A stretch of 64,000 nucleotides of DNA, from positions 142,327 through 206,326 of the IMG/VR virus record IMGVR_UViG_3300024358_000009. One strand, written 5' to 3'. This document shows, piece after piece, positions 20,796-31,184 of this stretch. Numbering within the stretch: position 1 is the first letter of the stretch; every line of letters begins with the position of its first letter. The translations under genes and the position numbers were made by a program. A model generated the notes under the pieces. That model saw nothing but the letters and a program-made list of their open reading frames with translations, was not told the DNA's origin and made no database searches.

Positions 20796-20990
20796 ATGGA
20801 AACAGGGAATTTAGTTTTTACAAGAAATTTTGGAGAGTCTTTTACTATTTTCACTCCATCTGGAAACATAGTAATAACACTTCTTGCAGATAAGATAAGC
20901 ATAAATAAAGCAAAAGTAAAAATAAATGCTCCAAAAGATTTTAAAATTATGAGAAATGAAATTATCAATACAACGAGGGATAAAAAATGA
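20796..20990 (+). CDS. csrA: CsrA/RsmA-like translational regulator
   Basis: LVFTRNFGESFTI...KVKINAPKDFKIMRNEI fits the CsrA pattern LxLTRxxGExIxI...IxAPxxxxIxRxEI. Confidence 0.8.
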   Translation: METGNLVFTRNFGESFTIFTPSGNIVITLLADKISINKAKVKINAPKDFKIMRNEIINTTRDKK

Positions 20991-22267
20991 ACAGGCGACA
21001 CTTTTTACAGCATACAACAGAATTTGCTTCTCTTGCATTAGTATCTAATCTATATGCACAGCAAGAAACCATAAAGAAAAAGGGAAAAAGACTCATTGTG
21101 CTTTGGATGAGTGGTGGCCCAAGTCATATGGATTTATGGGATTTGAAGACAGGAGAATCAACTGGTGGAGACTTTAAACAGATCAAAACTTCTGCAAACG
21201 GAGTGCAGATTAGTGAGGTATTGCCAACAGTTGCTGAACAGTTCAAACACTTGGTGGCTATTAGATCTTTGGTTACTAATGAAGGCAGTCATGAGCGTGG
21301 CACATTCTTAATGAATACGGCCAAGCAACCAAACCCAGTAGTGCAATATCCAGCTATGGGCGCAGTTGTATCTTCTATGATTGGCTCTAAAGAGTTGCCA
21401 TTACCTAATTTTATTGGAATTGGTGGAACTGCACAACGCATTGGGCCAGGATTCCTTGGCGCAATGTACACTCCTTTTGTTGTGCAAAATCCTGGCGTTC
21501 CTCCAGAAAATATAAAGCCACCATCAGAAATTGGCAATGAAGAAGAGCGTCTTAGAAGAAGGCAGAGATTATTCTACGGAATAGAAGATGAGTTTGCTGC
21601 AAAGATAATGCCTCATGTAAAAGGTGCAAAAGACAGAGAAAGTTTAGGTAATGTCGCACAATCACATGCTTCTATATATGGTAAAGCATTTGATCTAACT
21701 ATTTCGCCACTTAGAACTGTATTTGAAATAAAGAACGAAAGCCAAGCGACTATAGATGCTTATGGCGGTAGGATGAATCAGTTTGGCATGGGATGCCTTC
21801 TTGCAAGAAAATTAATTGAGAAGGGAGTTAGTTGTGTTCAAGTGGATCTCGGCGGATGGGATAATCATAATAATATCTTTTCTACTATTAGGAATGGTAA
21901 TGGCCCTCGGCTTGATAAAGGTTTTGGAAACCTTGTAAAAGAACTAAACGATATTGGTCTTTGGAAAGATACTGTAGTTTTATGGATGGGCGAATTTGGT
22001 CGTACACCTAAGATTAATCAAAATGGTGGACGAGATCATTGGGCAAGATGTTGGTCTATAGTAGTAGGCGGAGGTTCCATTAAGGGTGGACAAGCTTATG
22101 GTTCTACTAGCAAAGATGGTTTAGACATTAAGGATAAGCCATGCTCAATAGGCGATGTATATGCTACTGTTTATAAAGCTTTAGATATGGATCTATCTGC
22201 TCAAATTAGAGACAACATTGGACGACCCATGGCTATTACAGAAGGAAAACCTCTAGATATCTTTTAA
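20987..22267 (+). CDS. DUF1501 family protein with Tat signal
   Basis: MNRRHFL, LWMSGGPSHMDLWDLK, GGWDNH, GEFGRTPKINQNGGRDHW. Confidence 0.9.
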   Translation: MNRRHFLQHTTEFASLALVSNLYAQQETIKKKGKRLIVLWMSGGPSHMDLWDLKTGESTGGDFKQIKTSANGVQISEVLPTVAEQFKHLVAIRSLVTNEGSHERGTFLMNTAKQPNPVVQYPAMGAVVSSMIGSKELPLPNFIGIGGTAQRIGPGFLGAMYTPFVVQNPGVPPENIKPPSEIGNEEERLRRRQRLFYGIEDEFAAKIMPHVKGAKDRESLGNVAQSHASIYGKAFDLTISPLRTVFEIKNESQATIDAYGGRMNQFGMGCLLARKLIEKGVSCVQVDLGGWDNHNNIFSTIRNGNGPRLDKGFGNLVKELNDIGLWKDTVVLWMGEFGRTPKINQNGGRDHWARCWSIVVGGGSIKGGQAYGSTSKDGLDIKDKPCSIGDVYATVYKALDMDLSAQIRDNIGRPMAITEGKPLDIF

Positions 22268-22277
22268 AGGAACAATC

Positions 22278-22442
22278 ATGCTTAAAAAAAATGCAAGGAT
22301 GACAAAGTGTTTAGGGTGGTGCGATAAAGAATTTTTATCACAAAATCCAATTTATTATAGAATTTGCCCTAAGTGTAAAGATAGGTATAATAAAGCAGCA
22401 GAAATTAAATCAGTTGCTAAATATAAAAAAGAAAAAGATTAA
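22278..22442 (+). CDS. Small Zn-finger protein (54 aa, not in ORF track), paralog of 31648-31830
   Basis: CLGWCDKEF...RICPKCK versus CLGWCNKMF...RFCNKCK. Confidence 0.7.
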   Translation: MLKKNARMTKCLGWCDKEFLSQNPIYYRICPKCKDRYNKAAEIKSVAKYKKEKD

Positions 22443-22607
22443 CTATCTTATCAAATGTTAAGATGTGTAATATTTTTATTTTTAAAATAGTCATAGCTGA
22501 TATTGATAAAAAAAATAAATCTGTTAATTTTTTGTCTTGGTTGTCGAATAAAAGAGTAGATGGTTAGTGTGTTGCTAATCGTTGTTTTTTCTTTAGGAGG
22601 AAGTATC

Positions 22608-22835
22608 ATGTTGAGTTTTGTTATGGCTATTGCCATTGCTACGAGTTCTGAGACTTTGGATGGTATCAGGCTTCGTGGTGGTTCTTCTTGCTCTAATGGA
22701 AGTTGCGGTGTTGCTGCTGCTCCAGTAGTAGAAAAGAAGGCTGAAACTTCAACAAAGCAGGAAGTAGTTCAGAACTCTTGTGGTTCTGGCGGATGCAGTT
22801 CAAGGCATCGTGCTTTTAAGCTTCGTTGTCGTTAA
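22608..22835 (+). CDS. Small secreted Cys/Gly/Ser-rich peptide
   Basis: RBS AGGAGG, hydrophobic N-terminus, CSNGSC and CGSGGC motifs. Own promoter motif (22524) and terminator. Confidence 0.7.
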   Translation: MLSFVMAIAIATSSETLDGIRLRGGSSCSNGSCGVAAAPVVEKKAETSTKQEVVQNSCGSGGCSSRHRAFKLRCR

Positions 22836-22845
22836 TAAATGCAAG

Positions 22846-22866
22846 AAGGGGGCGAAAGCCCCCTTT
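22846..22866 (+). terminator. Intrinsic terminator
   Basis: AAGGGGGC-GAAA-GCCCCCTTT. Confidence 0.7.
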
Positions 22867-23096
22867 AAGCTTTTAAGGAGCTATAATGAACTGCAAAACA
22901 TGCAATGAAGAAATTCCAGACTATATTTACTTAGAAGAAAGTACCATAGAATGGCAATGTTTTGATTGTTCTTTAAAAGAAAATATGAAATGTGAAATAT
23001 GCAATGAAATTTTAAATATAAATAAGATAGATAAGGCGAATAGTATATTAGGTGACAGTTGGATAGAAATGTGTGACAGTTGTGCGGAGGAATTTA

Positions 23097-23447
23097 ATGA
23101 AGGTAGGGAGACTTACAATATTAGAAGAAGTAGAATCTAAAAAAATGCCATCTGGACAGATTTGCAAGATGGTTAAAGTTTTATGTGATTGTGGAAAAGA
23201 AAAAATTATTTATTTAAACAACATAATGAATGGAAGAACTGTAAGTTGTGGATGTTACAAAAAAGACTCTGTTATTAAACAAAACAAAGCTAATAAAGAA
23301 ACTACAATATGGGTAGAATACAAAGACGAAATAATAACATTCGTTGAATTTTGTAAAAAAAATAATCTTGATTACTTCTTTGCTAAGAATAGATATATTA
23401 TGGGGTGGGATTTGGAAAGCATCATACAAATACCAAAACTGAAATAG
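23097..23447 (+). CDS. Homing-endonuclease-like DNA-binding protein with no visible catalytic domain
   Basis: GRLTI...CDCG...G.TVSCGC N-terminal module joined directly to a C-terminal HTH-like module. Confidence 0.55.
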   Translation: MKVGRLTILEEVESKKMPSGQICKMVKVLCDCGKEKIIYLNNIMNGRTVSCGCYKKDSVIKQNKANKETTIWVEYKDEIITFVEFCKKNNLDYFFAKNRYIMGWDLESIIQIPKLK

Positions 23448-25139
23448 CCATGTCATATTTTTTTAATGTTTGGATAGAATACATCGGTTGTGATAATGTA
23501 AAGAAAAGAAAGTTTTTAAAAAAAATTAATGATTATAATGATTGTTTACCATTATTATTAGAAAGCGAGTATATAAAAGAATACCTTTTTATGCCAAAAT
23601 GCATTGTTATATTAGAGGATACATTTGGAAATGACATGAGACTAAAACCATTGTTTGAAAATGATAAGTTTTTTCTTTTGTGTGAATAATGAAAAATGTT
23701 TTTTTCAAATTAAATAACGAAAAGTTTTATGTTATAGCTGGAGATACAGCTAAACGAGAAAAAGAAAAATTAAAGTGTTCTTGGAAAACATTGCTTAGTG
23801 TTTTATGTAAAGAAAATTTTCCAAATATAAAAAAGGTGACAGAAAAAACAGAAAATAATCATATTGTTACAATACCATTTTTTGAGGAGTTAATTTTTTT
23901 TGTAATGACAATTATGTATAAAGATAAAAAAATTTTTGTCGTAACAGCAAATGAAAAGGTTAAAAAGTTTAAATTAAAAAAATTTGGTAAGTGGATAGCG
24001 GAATTAGAATGTGGGCATACTTTTTTAATGGATAGCGGAGTAGATGATTACAGATTTATAAAAAGAATATTTTGTCCTACATGTATGGAGAATACCGATG
24101 GTTCAGTTTTTAAATGAATTAAAAACATTTATAGAAAACAAAAGCGATGAATGCAAACTAAAACCAGAATTAAAAATTACTGAATCAAAAATTTTGTTTA
24201 TTACATCAAATAACTATTTAATATCAAAATATTTTTTAGATGTATGCGAAAAGTTTTTGAATAATAAGAATTTAATAATTACTGAAAATAAAAAAACTTG
24301 TTTGAATTTGGAAAAATCATTAGAAGATATTGTTTCTATTATAAAAGAATCGTGTCATTATGGATTTGATCATGCAATATTATTGAATAATTATGATATT
24401 TTTTTTGATGATGAAACATGTATTAGTGTTGCAAAAGAATTAATTGATTATTCTAAAAATTCAAATGATAACTTAAAAATGATTATAATTTTGACAAACA
24501 GATCAAAAACTATAGAGCCGTTTTTAATGCACAGTCCAAATCATTTAAAAGTAAATCAAGCATGGTGTCTCGGTAAATATATTTGTAGGAAAATCGAAGA
24601 AAAGAGTATGGAGCAAATACTTTCTGAAACGATTAATGCAGTTAATGATACTCTTAATTGTAAATATTATTAAAGGCATTTCTATTGGTGTGTTTATTTA
24701 TTTTATGATTAAATTTTTAAGGAGAGGAATATGAAGTCTCTAAGATCTGATCTACACAGCGAAATTAGTACAACCAGCGGTTCTTTGGTTTTAATACCTC
24801 TAGAAAAATTTCAAGAACTAATAGGTTTTTCAGACGATGAAGATTTTGAAATTGTATCTGAAATAATTGATAACGGCGGAGATATTATAAACATAAATCC
24901 ATATGTAAATTTAGAGGTAAGAAAAAGATTTACTTTAAATGCAGACGGCACAAATGATACGGTTATTCAAATAGCACCAAAAAATGAATCTAAAGACTTT
25001 GTAAGACTTTTAAACAAGGATGAAGAGACATTAGAAGAATTTTCTTTGCGTAAGAAAAAAGAATTAAAAATGAATACCGAAGAAATGATTAAGTCATTTA
25101 CAGATATTAGAAACGAATACTTAGAAAAGATGGATATAA

Positions 25140-25754
25140 ATGATTAACAAAGAAAAAATAATGCATAGAATAAAAAAAGGAAATGAATTAGCAGAATATG
25201 TAGCTAAGTATCTGAATCATAGATATGGATATAATTTTAAAAAAGTGGGATTACAAGAAGATAAAGAATCAATGATTGATTATAGGTGTGATAAATATAA
25301 TAAAACTGCTCAATTTAAATGTCGTGATAACCAATCTGACATAATTTATGAATGTTGGAAATTTATACCAAGAGAAAACAATCAATTTGAAAATGTTCCT
25401 GGTAGAGATGTAAGGACAAAAGCGGATTTTTATATTTGTTTAAATTCATCTAAGACAAAGATAATTGTTGCAGAAACGAGCAAGATTAAAGAAATAGCAA
25501 AAAATTCTATTAATGAAAAAACAATAGAAAGCGTTGCTAATATATACAAAGAGGCTAAATTAAAACCGACAAAAAGTAAATTTTTAAAATCAAATTCAAA
25601 TTTGTCTGAGGTTTGTTTTAAGATAGATGAAGGAAAAGATACAAATGAATATGGAAAAATATTAATTTTTATACCATTTGATTCAATAAAAGAAGCAAAA
25701 GTAATCGACTTAAAACCAAAAGAAAACATATTAGATGAACGGAGTTGGAACTAA
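25140..25754 (+). CDS. Putative PD-(D/E)XK-fold nuclease
   Basis: G...E...YL, ED...IDY and QFKCR. Confidence 0.45.
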   Translation: MINKEKIMHRIKKGNELAEYVAKYLNHRYGYNFKKVGLQEDKESMIDYRCDKYNKTAQFKCRDNQSDIIYECWKFIPRENNQFENVPGRDVRTKADFYICLNSSKTKIIVAETSKIKEIAKNSINEKTIESVANIYKEAKLKPTKSKFLKSNSNLSEVCFKIDEGKDTNEYGKILIFIPFDSIKEAKVIDLKPKENILDERSWN

Positions 25755-26995
25755 TGCCATACTTTTCAATAGTAACACCTACGAATAATGGACAATATTT
25801 GCCAAGACTGTCTAGGTCTTTAGCAAATCAAGCTTTTAAAGATTTTGAATGGGTAGTTTTACCAAATGGCAATGCTACTATTGATTTGGATTCTTTAAGT
25901 TTAAAACCAAGAATTATAAATTCATCCAAACCAGATTCAAAACTAATAGGTTTATTTAAAAAAGAAGCGTCAATGGCTGGGAAAGGTCATGTTATTGTCG
26001 AAGTTGATCACGATGATGAATTAACTCCAGATTGTTTAGAAGAGTTGCATAAGTGTTTTAATGAATCTGAATCTATAGATTTTGTTTACTCAAATTGTGC
26101 AGAGATAGACTTTAATGGAAAACCATTTGTTTATTCTGATGTATATGGATGGAGAAATAGACCATTTGAATATAATGGAAAAAAACTTTTAGAATTGATT
26201 TCTTTTGAACCTTCAGCAGCTTGCTTTTCAAAAATATGGTTTGCACCAAATCATGTTAGAGCTTGGAAGAAATCTTTTTATGAGAAAATCGGTGGACATA
26301 ATGAAAAAATGGATGTCTTAGATGATCATGACATTCTTTGCAGAACATATATACATGGAAATGTAAAACACTTGGATAAATGTCTTTATATATATTATAG
26401 GCATAAAGGAAATACATGTTATGGAGAGAAAAACGCTTTTATTCAAGAGGAAACACTAAATATACACGATAGATATATATATCAATTAGCAGAAAAATGG
26501 TCAGACTTAAACGGTCTTTTAAAAATAGATCTATGTGGCGGTTTTAATAGTCCTGCTGGATATAAATCTGTTGATCTAGAAAACGGAAATATCGTACACG
26601 ATTTAAATAATCCTTGGCCTTTTGAAGACAATTCTGTTGGTGTTATAAGGGCGCACGATGCATTAGAGCATTTAAAAAACCCAATCCATGTTATGAAAGA
26701 AGCTTATCGTTGCTTATCTCCTTTGGGATGGTTTTTAACACAAACTCCATCAACTGACGGAAGAGGAGCTTTTCAAGATCCAACTCATATAAGTTTTTGG
26801 AATAGTAATAGTTTTTGGTATTATACTAAAGCAGAAACCGCAAAATATATTGGAACACCAGTAAGATTTCAATTAAATAGAATTAAAAATTTCTTCCCAA
26901 CAGAATGGCATAAAACTCACAACATCTTATATGTTAAAGCGGACTTATTAAAAATATCAAACGATATAAGAATACCAGGAGAAATATCTATTTAG
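25754..26995 (+). CDS. GT2 glycosyltransferase fused to a SAM methyltransferase domain
   Basis: SIVTPT, VDHDDEL and DDHD, then DLCGG, WPFEDNSV and HDALEHL. Confidence 0.85.
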   Translation: MPYFSIVTPTNNGQYLPRLSRSLANQAFKDFEWVVLPNGNATIDLDSLSLKPRIINSSKPDSKLIGLFKKEASMAGKGHVIVEVDHDDELTPDCLEELHKCFNESESIDFVYSNCAEIDFNGKPFVYSDVYGWRNRPFEYNGKKLLELISFEPSAACFSKIWFAPNHVRAWKKSFYEKIGGHNEKMDVLDDHDILCRTYIHGNVKHLDKCLYIYYRHKGNTCYGEKNAFIQEETLNIHDRYIYQLAEKWSDLNGLLKIDLCGGFNSPAGYKSVDLENGNIVHDLNNPWPFEDNSVGVIRAHDALEHLKNPIHVMKEAYRCLSPLGWFLTQTPSTDGRGAFQDPTHISFWNSNSFWYYTKAETAKYIGTPVRFQLNRIKNFFPTEWHKTHNILYVKADLLKISNDIRIPGEISI

Positions 26996-27431
26996 CAATT
27001 TTTAAAAATGCTTCTTGTTGTTCTTTCGGGCCAGCAAATTTAATTGAATTTGATCCATACTTCCTTATTAAAACAAGCATGTGTTTGGCTATATAATTTA
27101 TTACAGATTTTCCTAATTCTGAATCAGATGCATTTTCCCACACTTCTTGACCTAGCATGTGGGCAAAACCAAGATCATTTTGTTTTGGTGCTGGATAAAA
27201 CATTAAACCAAGATTATTGGGTCTAATGGTTTCATCGCCTGGCAAAATACCTAAAACCCAAGAACAAGACCACTTTCTACATATTTCCGGTCTTGTATCA
27301 TAAATCATACAGCCTTTGTTTTGGTGATGACAATTTGTATATTCTGGCTTGTTTAGTTCTTGAACAATTAAAATTGTGCAACAAACATCACAATCACTAC
27401 AATGTCTATCAGCCAATGGTAAATTGATCAT
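26988..27431 (-). CDS. YkgJ-like CxxCxxCC Fe-S/Zn protein
   Basis: CSDCDVCC...CMIYDTRPEICRKWSC. Confidence 0.75.
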   Translation of the reverse strand: MINLPLADRHCSDCDVCCTILIVQELNKPEYTNCHHQNKGCMIYDTRPEICRKWSCSWVLGILPGDETIRPNNLGLMFYPAPKQNDLGFAHMLGQEVWENASDSELGKSVINYIAKHMLVLIRKYGSNSIKFAGPKEQQEAFLKIAK

Positions 27432-27434
27432 ATA

Positions 27435-27947
27435 TTATCCATGCCAAATTTTTTCTTCTGGACCCAAAAGTCTAGCCAAGGTAAACAAAAAATCACTCAA
27501 TCTATTTATATATACAACTATTTTCTTTAGGTTTTGATGAACTTCCATTAATTTGACTAAATCAATTTCAACCCTTCTACATACTGCTCTTGCTAGATGA
27601 ATTTCACAATGATTAAAAGGTATTATAAAGTTTTTCAATGGCTTTAAAAGCTTAGTCATGTCGTCAATTTTGCCTTCTATTTCTTTAATATGCTTGTCAT
27701 CTATTCTTGCTTCGCCCGTAGCTATTTCAGCGCCTATATCAAATAAATGTTTTTGTATGTCTACAATAAAATCATAAGCGTTTTGAATTTTTAATTCTAA
27801 AACATATTTTTGATTTACTAAACCTATTGAAGCGTTAAGTTCATCAACACTTCCTAACAATTGAATGTGTGGGTCAGTTTTTGGAACACGCCCAACTTTA
27901 GGCAAAAAGGTTGTTCCATCATCTCCTGTTTTAGTATAAATTTTCAT
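27435..27947 (-). CDS. PduO-type ATP:cob(I)alamin adenosyltransferase
   Basis: MKIYTKTGDDGTT, GSVDELNA, RAVCRRVE and YINRLSDFLFTLAR. Confidence 0.92.
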   Translation of the reverse strand: MKIYTKTGDDGTTFLPKVGRVPKTDPHIQLLGSVDELNASIGLVNQKYVLELKIQNAYDFIVDIQKHLFDIGAEIATGEARIDDKHIKEIEGKIDDMTKLLKPLKNFIIPFNHCEIHLARAVCRRVEIDLVKLMEVHQNLKKIVVYINRLSDFLFTLARLLGPEEKIWHG

Positions 27948-28587
27948 TCTTGCTCCATTCCATTATTTTTAATTTTGATTCCATACCTATTTTTGTAAAT
28001 GGAAAACCATGAAAACCAAATGGTTTATCAAAAAACTCAGGTCTTTTATGTTCGATAGAAAATTTAAAAGCTGTTTTAATGTCTGGGAATTTAAAACCAT
28101 TATCTACTAATTCATTATATGATTGATTGCATATTTCTAAATCTTCATTGAATATAATTTGTTTATCTTTATATTTATTAGATATAAACTCTAAAAGTTT
28201 TTTTGATCTTAAACTAAATCCGCCATTACCAACTTTATTTATGTATTCATCATTTTTCCAAGGTGCGCCTATATAATCATATTCTAAGAATGAATCATCC
28301 CATGAGTTTGGATTTATTATAAATCCATCGTGTTGAATCACTAAAACATACTTAGTATTAATAAATTTATTCAAATCTACTAAAATAAATTTACTATATT
28401 CTTCTTTGCTTTTTATTTTATTGACTTGTATATGTTTTATTTTGTTTGTTTTTACTTTTTGTTCATCAGATATAAAAATAGATTCTTTAAAATTAAAGAA
28501 TTGCATACTATACAACATAGCTGCAATCGCTTTTTTATGATTAACGCAATCTACAGAACAAATAGTTATGTCTTCAAAAAAATTCAT
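27931..28587 (-). CDS. DUF5672-like glycosyltransferase-fold protein
   Basis: QHDGFI, YDYIGAPW, GNGGFSLRS, NED and FGFH. Confidence 0.8.
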   Translation of the reverse strand: MNFFEDITICSVDCVNHKKAIAAMLYSMQFFNFKESIFISDEQKVKTNKIKHIQVNKIKSKEEYSKFILVDLNKFINTKYVLVIQHDGFIINPNSWDDSFLEYDYIGAPWKNDEYINKVGNGGFSLRSKKLLEFISNKYKDKQIIFNEDLEICNQSYNELVDNGFKFPDIKTAFKFSIEHKRPEFFDKPFGFHGFPFTKIGMESKLKIMEWSKNENLY

Positions 28588-29074
28588 AAAGACATATTAA
28601 TCTTTTTCTATTAGAGTCAATAGATATTTTTTCAAAAGTTGGTTTTATTTCAAACCATTTCAATAATGTATTTTCATCTATATTATGATGACAGTTATTT
28701 GGTTTATTCCACTTATATGGAACTGATATTATAGCTTTGTTAACTATTTTTTTTATTTGATTAAATACTTCTGTTTGTTTGTTTTTAAAATGTTCAAAAG
28801 TTTGTAAACATATTAATAAATCAAATCTTTCTTTAAAATCCCAAGGGGTTTTTGTGCAATCAAAAACATGATTGATTTCACTATTATATTTTGAATCTAT
28901 TCTTGTTGAATTTAAACATAGCGGAAAAGATGAGCAACCTAATTCAAGAACAGACTGAGGACTTAAACTCTTTGCTAGTTCTATAGCATCATTATAATAA
29001 TTCCATCTATTTATAAAATATTTATCTTCTAAACACTTTTTATTATAGTCTGCTTTTGTTATAAATTTAATCAT
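28574..29074 (-). CDS. Class I SAM methyltransferase
   Basis: VLELGC, FDLLICLQTFEH and IISVP. Confidence 0.7.
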   Translation of the reverse strand: MIKFITKADYNKKCLEDKYFINRWNYYNDAIELAKSLSPQSVLELGCSSFPLCLNSTRIDSKYNSEINHVFDCTKTPWDFKERFDLLICLQTFEHFKNKQTEVFNQIKKIVNKAIISVPYKWNKPNNCHHNIDENTLLKWFEIKPTFEKISIDSNRKRLICLYEFF

Positions 29075-29463
29075 TTTTTAGGAGATTTAGTTTTAATGCC
29101 TAATTTTTTATATACATTTCTAGCTTTTGGATTATCATCTATAGCTAATATAATTTTATCTTTTATTGATTGTGCATGTTTTCTTTTAGACTCTAGCTGA
29201 TCTTTTGGACTTCCACCAATGTTATTCATCATTAAGCGATTGTATTTCAATCCTGCTTTTTTTAATGATTTAACAGTTTCTGATCTATTAGATTCTGGTC
29301 TTCCAGTAATCATATATATTTTATGATCTTTTGACAATTCATTTATATAATCAACCATTTTTTTTATTGGATATATACCATTTCTTAAAACGGTATTATC
29401 TATATCTACAATAACAACAGAAGATACAGAAAAAAACTGTTTAATTTGGTTTGCAATCGACAT
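29071..29463 (-). CDS. HAD-family phosphatase (PNK 3'-phosphatase-like)
   Basis: DIDNT, ITGRPE and IDD. Confidence 0.8.
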   Translation of the reverse strand: MSIANQIKQFFSVSSVVIVDIDNTVLRNGIYPIKKMVDYINELSKDHKIYMITGRPESNRSETVKSLKKAGLKYNRLMMNNIGGSPKDQLESKRKHAQSIKDKIILAIDDNPKARNVYKKLGIKTKSPKK

Positions 29464-29639
29464 TTGTTCTTCCCATAGTTATATTTTTTGTTGCAACAAC
29501 ATCCTTATTAGTAAATTCCCATATTAAGCCATTATTTAATATAACTGTAAATATTTTTTCTATCTCAGTACCATATTCAGTTACGAGCCAAATTCTTCCT
29601 CTTCCTTTAGGTGTTTCAACTTCTAATTCTTGTCTTGGC

Positions 29640-30320
29640 TCATATATTACAATTGACATTTTTTATCTCTATTAAAGAATCTCTCCTGCATAAACTTTGA
29701 TAAAGTTCTTTATCGCTTGACCATTCTTTACCTGTCCACCATTCAAAGCCATTAAACTGATTTTTATAAAGAGAACATTCTTCATAACCGCCCATCATAT
29801 AATAATAAATACACCCAGATCTTTTTGCTAAAGTGCATTCTATTAGTGTACTTATACTTCCTAAAGATAAAGACGGTTTTTCATAATCCCAAGCAAACTG
29901 AACACCTATGAATGATTTTTTAAATAGTTTATAACAAACAAATCCTATTAGATTTGATTCATAAAAATATTGTATAGTATTTTCTAACATTAATTCATTG
30001 TCAAAAACATGTTCACTTATAAAACCTTTTTTAGATTGATATGAATTTGAAATTCTTAAAATATCTTCATTTGAAGGTTTTCCAATTTGATATTCTATTT
30101 TTTTTGCAAGTTTTTTTGTTTTTTTATGGAATTCGATTTTTGAAAGGTTGTATCTGACACTTCGAGATTGAAACCAATAATTATCCCAAGGCAACCATCC
30201 TTGCTCAAGCAAATCATCAAAGTTATCATTTATATCTGGGTAAGCAAAAATAGGTGTATAAATCAAATCTTGATTTGAAACTTTTCCAAAACCATTTATA
30301 TGATCAAATATAATTTTCAT
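29640..30320 (-). CDS. ATE1/Bpt-like aminoacyl-tRNA-protein transferase
   Basis: LLEQGW and C-terminal SLGSISTLIECTLAKRSGCIYYYM.GYE.C..YK.QF. Confidence 0.65.
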   Translation of the reverse strand: MKIIFDHINGFGKVSNQDLIYTPIFAYPDINDNFDDLLEQGWLPWDNYWFQSRSVRYNLSKIEFHKKTKKLAKKIEYQIGKPSNEDILRISNSYQSKKGFISEHVFDNELMLENTIQYFYESNLIGFVCYKLFKKSFIGVQFAWDYEKPSLSLGSISTLIECTLAKRSGCIYYYMMGGYEECSLYKNQFNGFEWWTGKEWSSDKELYQSLCRRDSLIEIKNVNCNI

Positions 30321-30369
30321 AATAAATACTACACCCTAATAAGCGAATAAAATGTTAAAGGAGTAAGTT

Positions 30370-30837
30370 ATGAACATATTTGTGTTAGACAAAAACCCAA
30401 GACAAGCTGCTGAATGGCATGTAAACAAACATGTTGTTAAAATGCCTTTAGAAACGGCTCAAATGCTTTGTACAGTTCTTAATCAAAATGGAGTTAAAAC
30501 ACCTTATAAATCAACTCATGTCAAACACCCATGCACTATTTGGGCAGGAGAAAGCATGGGTAATTTTGTTTGGTTATGTGAATTAGGTTTAGAACTTTGT
30601 AGAGAATATACTTATCGGTATGAAAAAGTACATAAATGCGAAGCAATAATTAAAGAATGTTTAACATATGCTTGTAAAGTTCAAAATACTGAAATGACAG
30701 AATTTGTTCAAGCTATGCCAAATGAATTAAAGCAAACAAACCCAATAGATGGATATAAGAACTATTATATAAAAGCAAAATCTCATATTGCTGAATGGAA
30801 AAATAGAAATCAACCAAATTGGTATTATTTTGCATAA
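30370..30837 (+). CDS. Pyrimidine-dimer DNA glycosylase (DenV-like)
   Basis: MNIFVLD...KHVVKMPLETAQML and HPCTIW. Confidence 0.8.
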   Translation: MNIFVLDKNPRQAAEWHVNKHVVKMPLETAQMLCTVLNQNGVKTPYKSTHVKHPCTIWAGESMGNFVWLCELGLELCREYTYRYEKVHKCEAIIKECLTYACKVQNTEMTEFVQAMPNELKQTNPIDGYKNYYIKAKSHIAEWKNRNQPNWYYFA

Positions 30838-31184
30838 AACCCCCATTATCTCCTAGATATTCTAAGAGATTTAATTAAAACAGAGCCTTTTACCATAAGC
30901 CTCTACAGGGTGAATAGTAAATAGATTTGTAAAATCATCTAGGTTTGAGCGGACAGGGGGTAAGTCCATTCTCAATTTTTGATTTACTATTACTTCTCTG
31001 CTCCATGTTGGTTTGGCTACCAACCAGAACCCTTGGGGTATTTACCCTTCGGTGATAAGCTTATTCCGGTGTAGGAATGGTCGAAAGAACCGGACATTTG
31101 AGTTTTTATTTAACGCCATTACCTTTTGCTTATCGTCTGATAAAAGTATGTTAGAATGATACGCATTAAAAAGCGTGGTGCAAC

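Noticed and set aside
23016-23043. CGAATAG as another promoter copy
   Set aside because: No TAAA-like box at the 17-nt spacing, so it was not counted.
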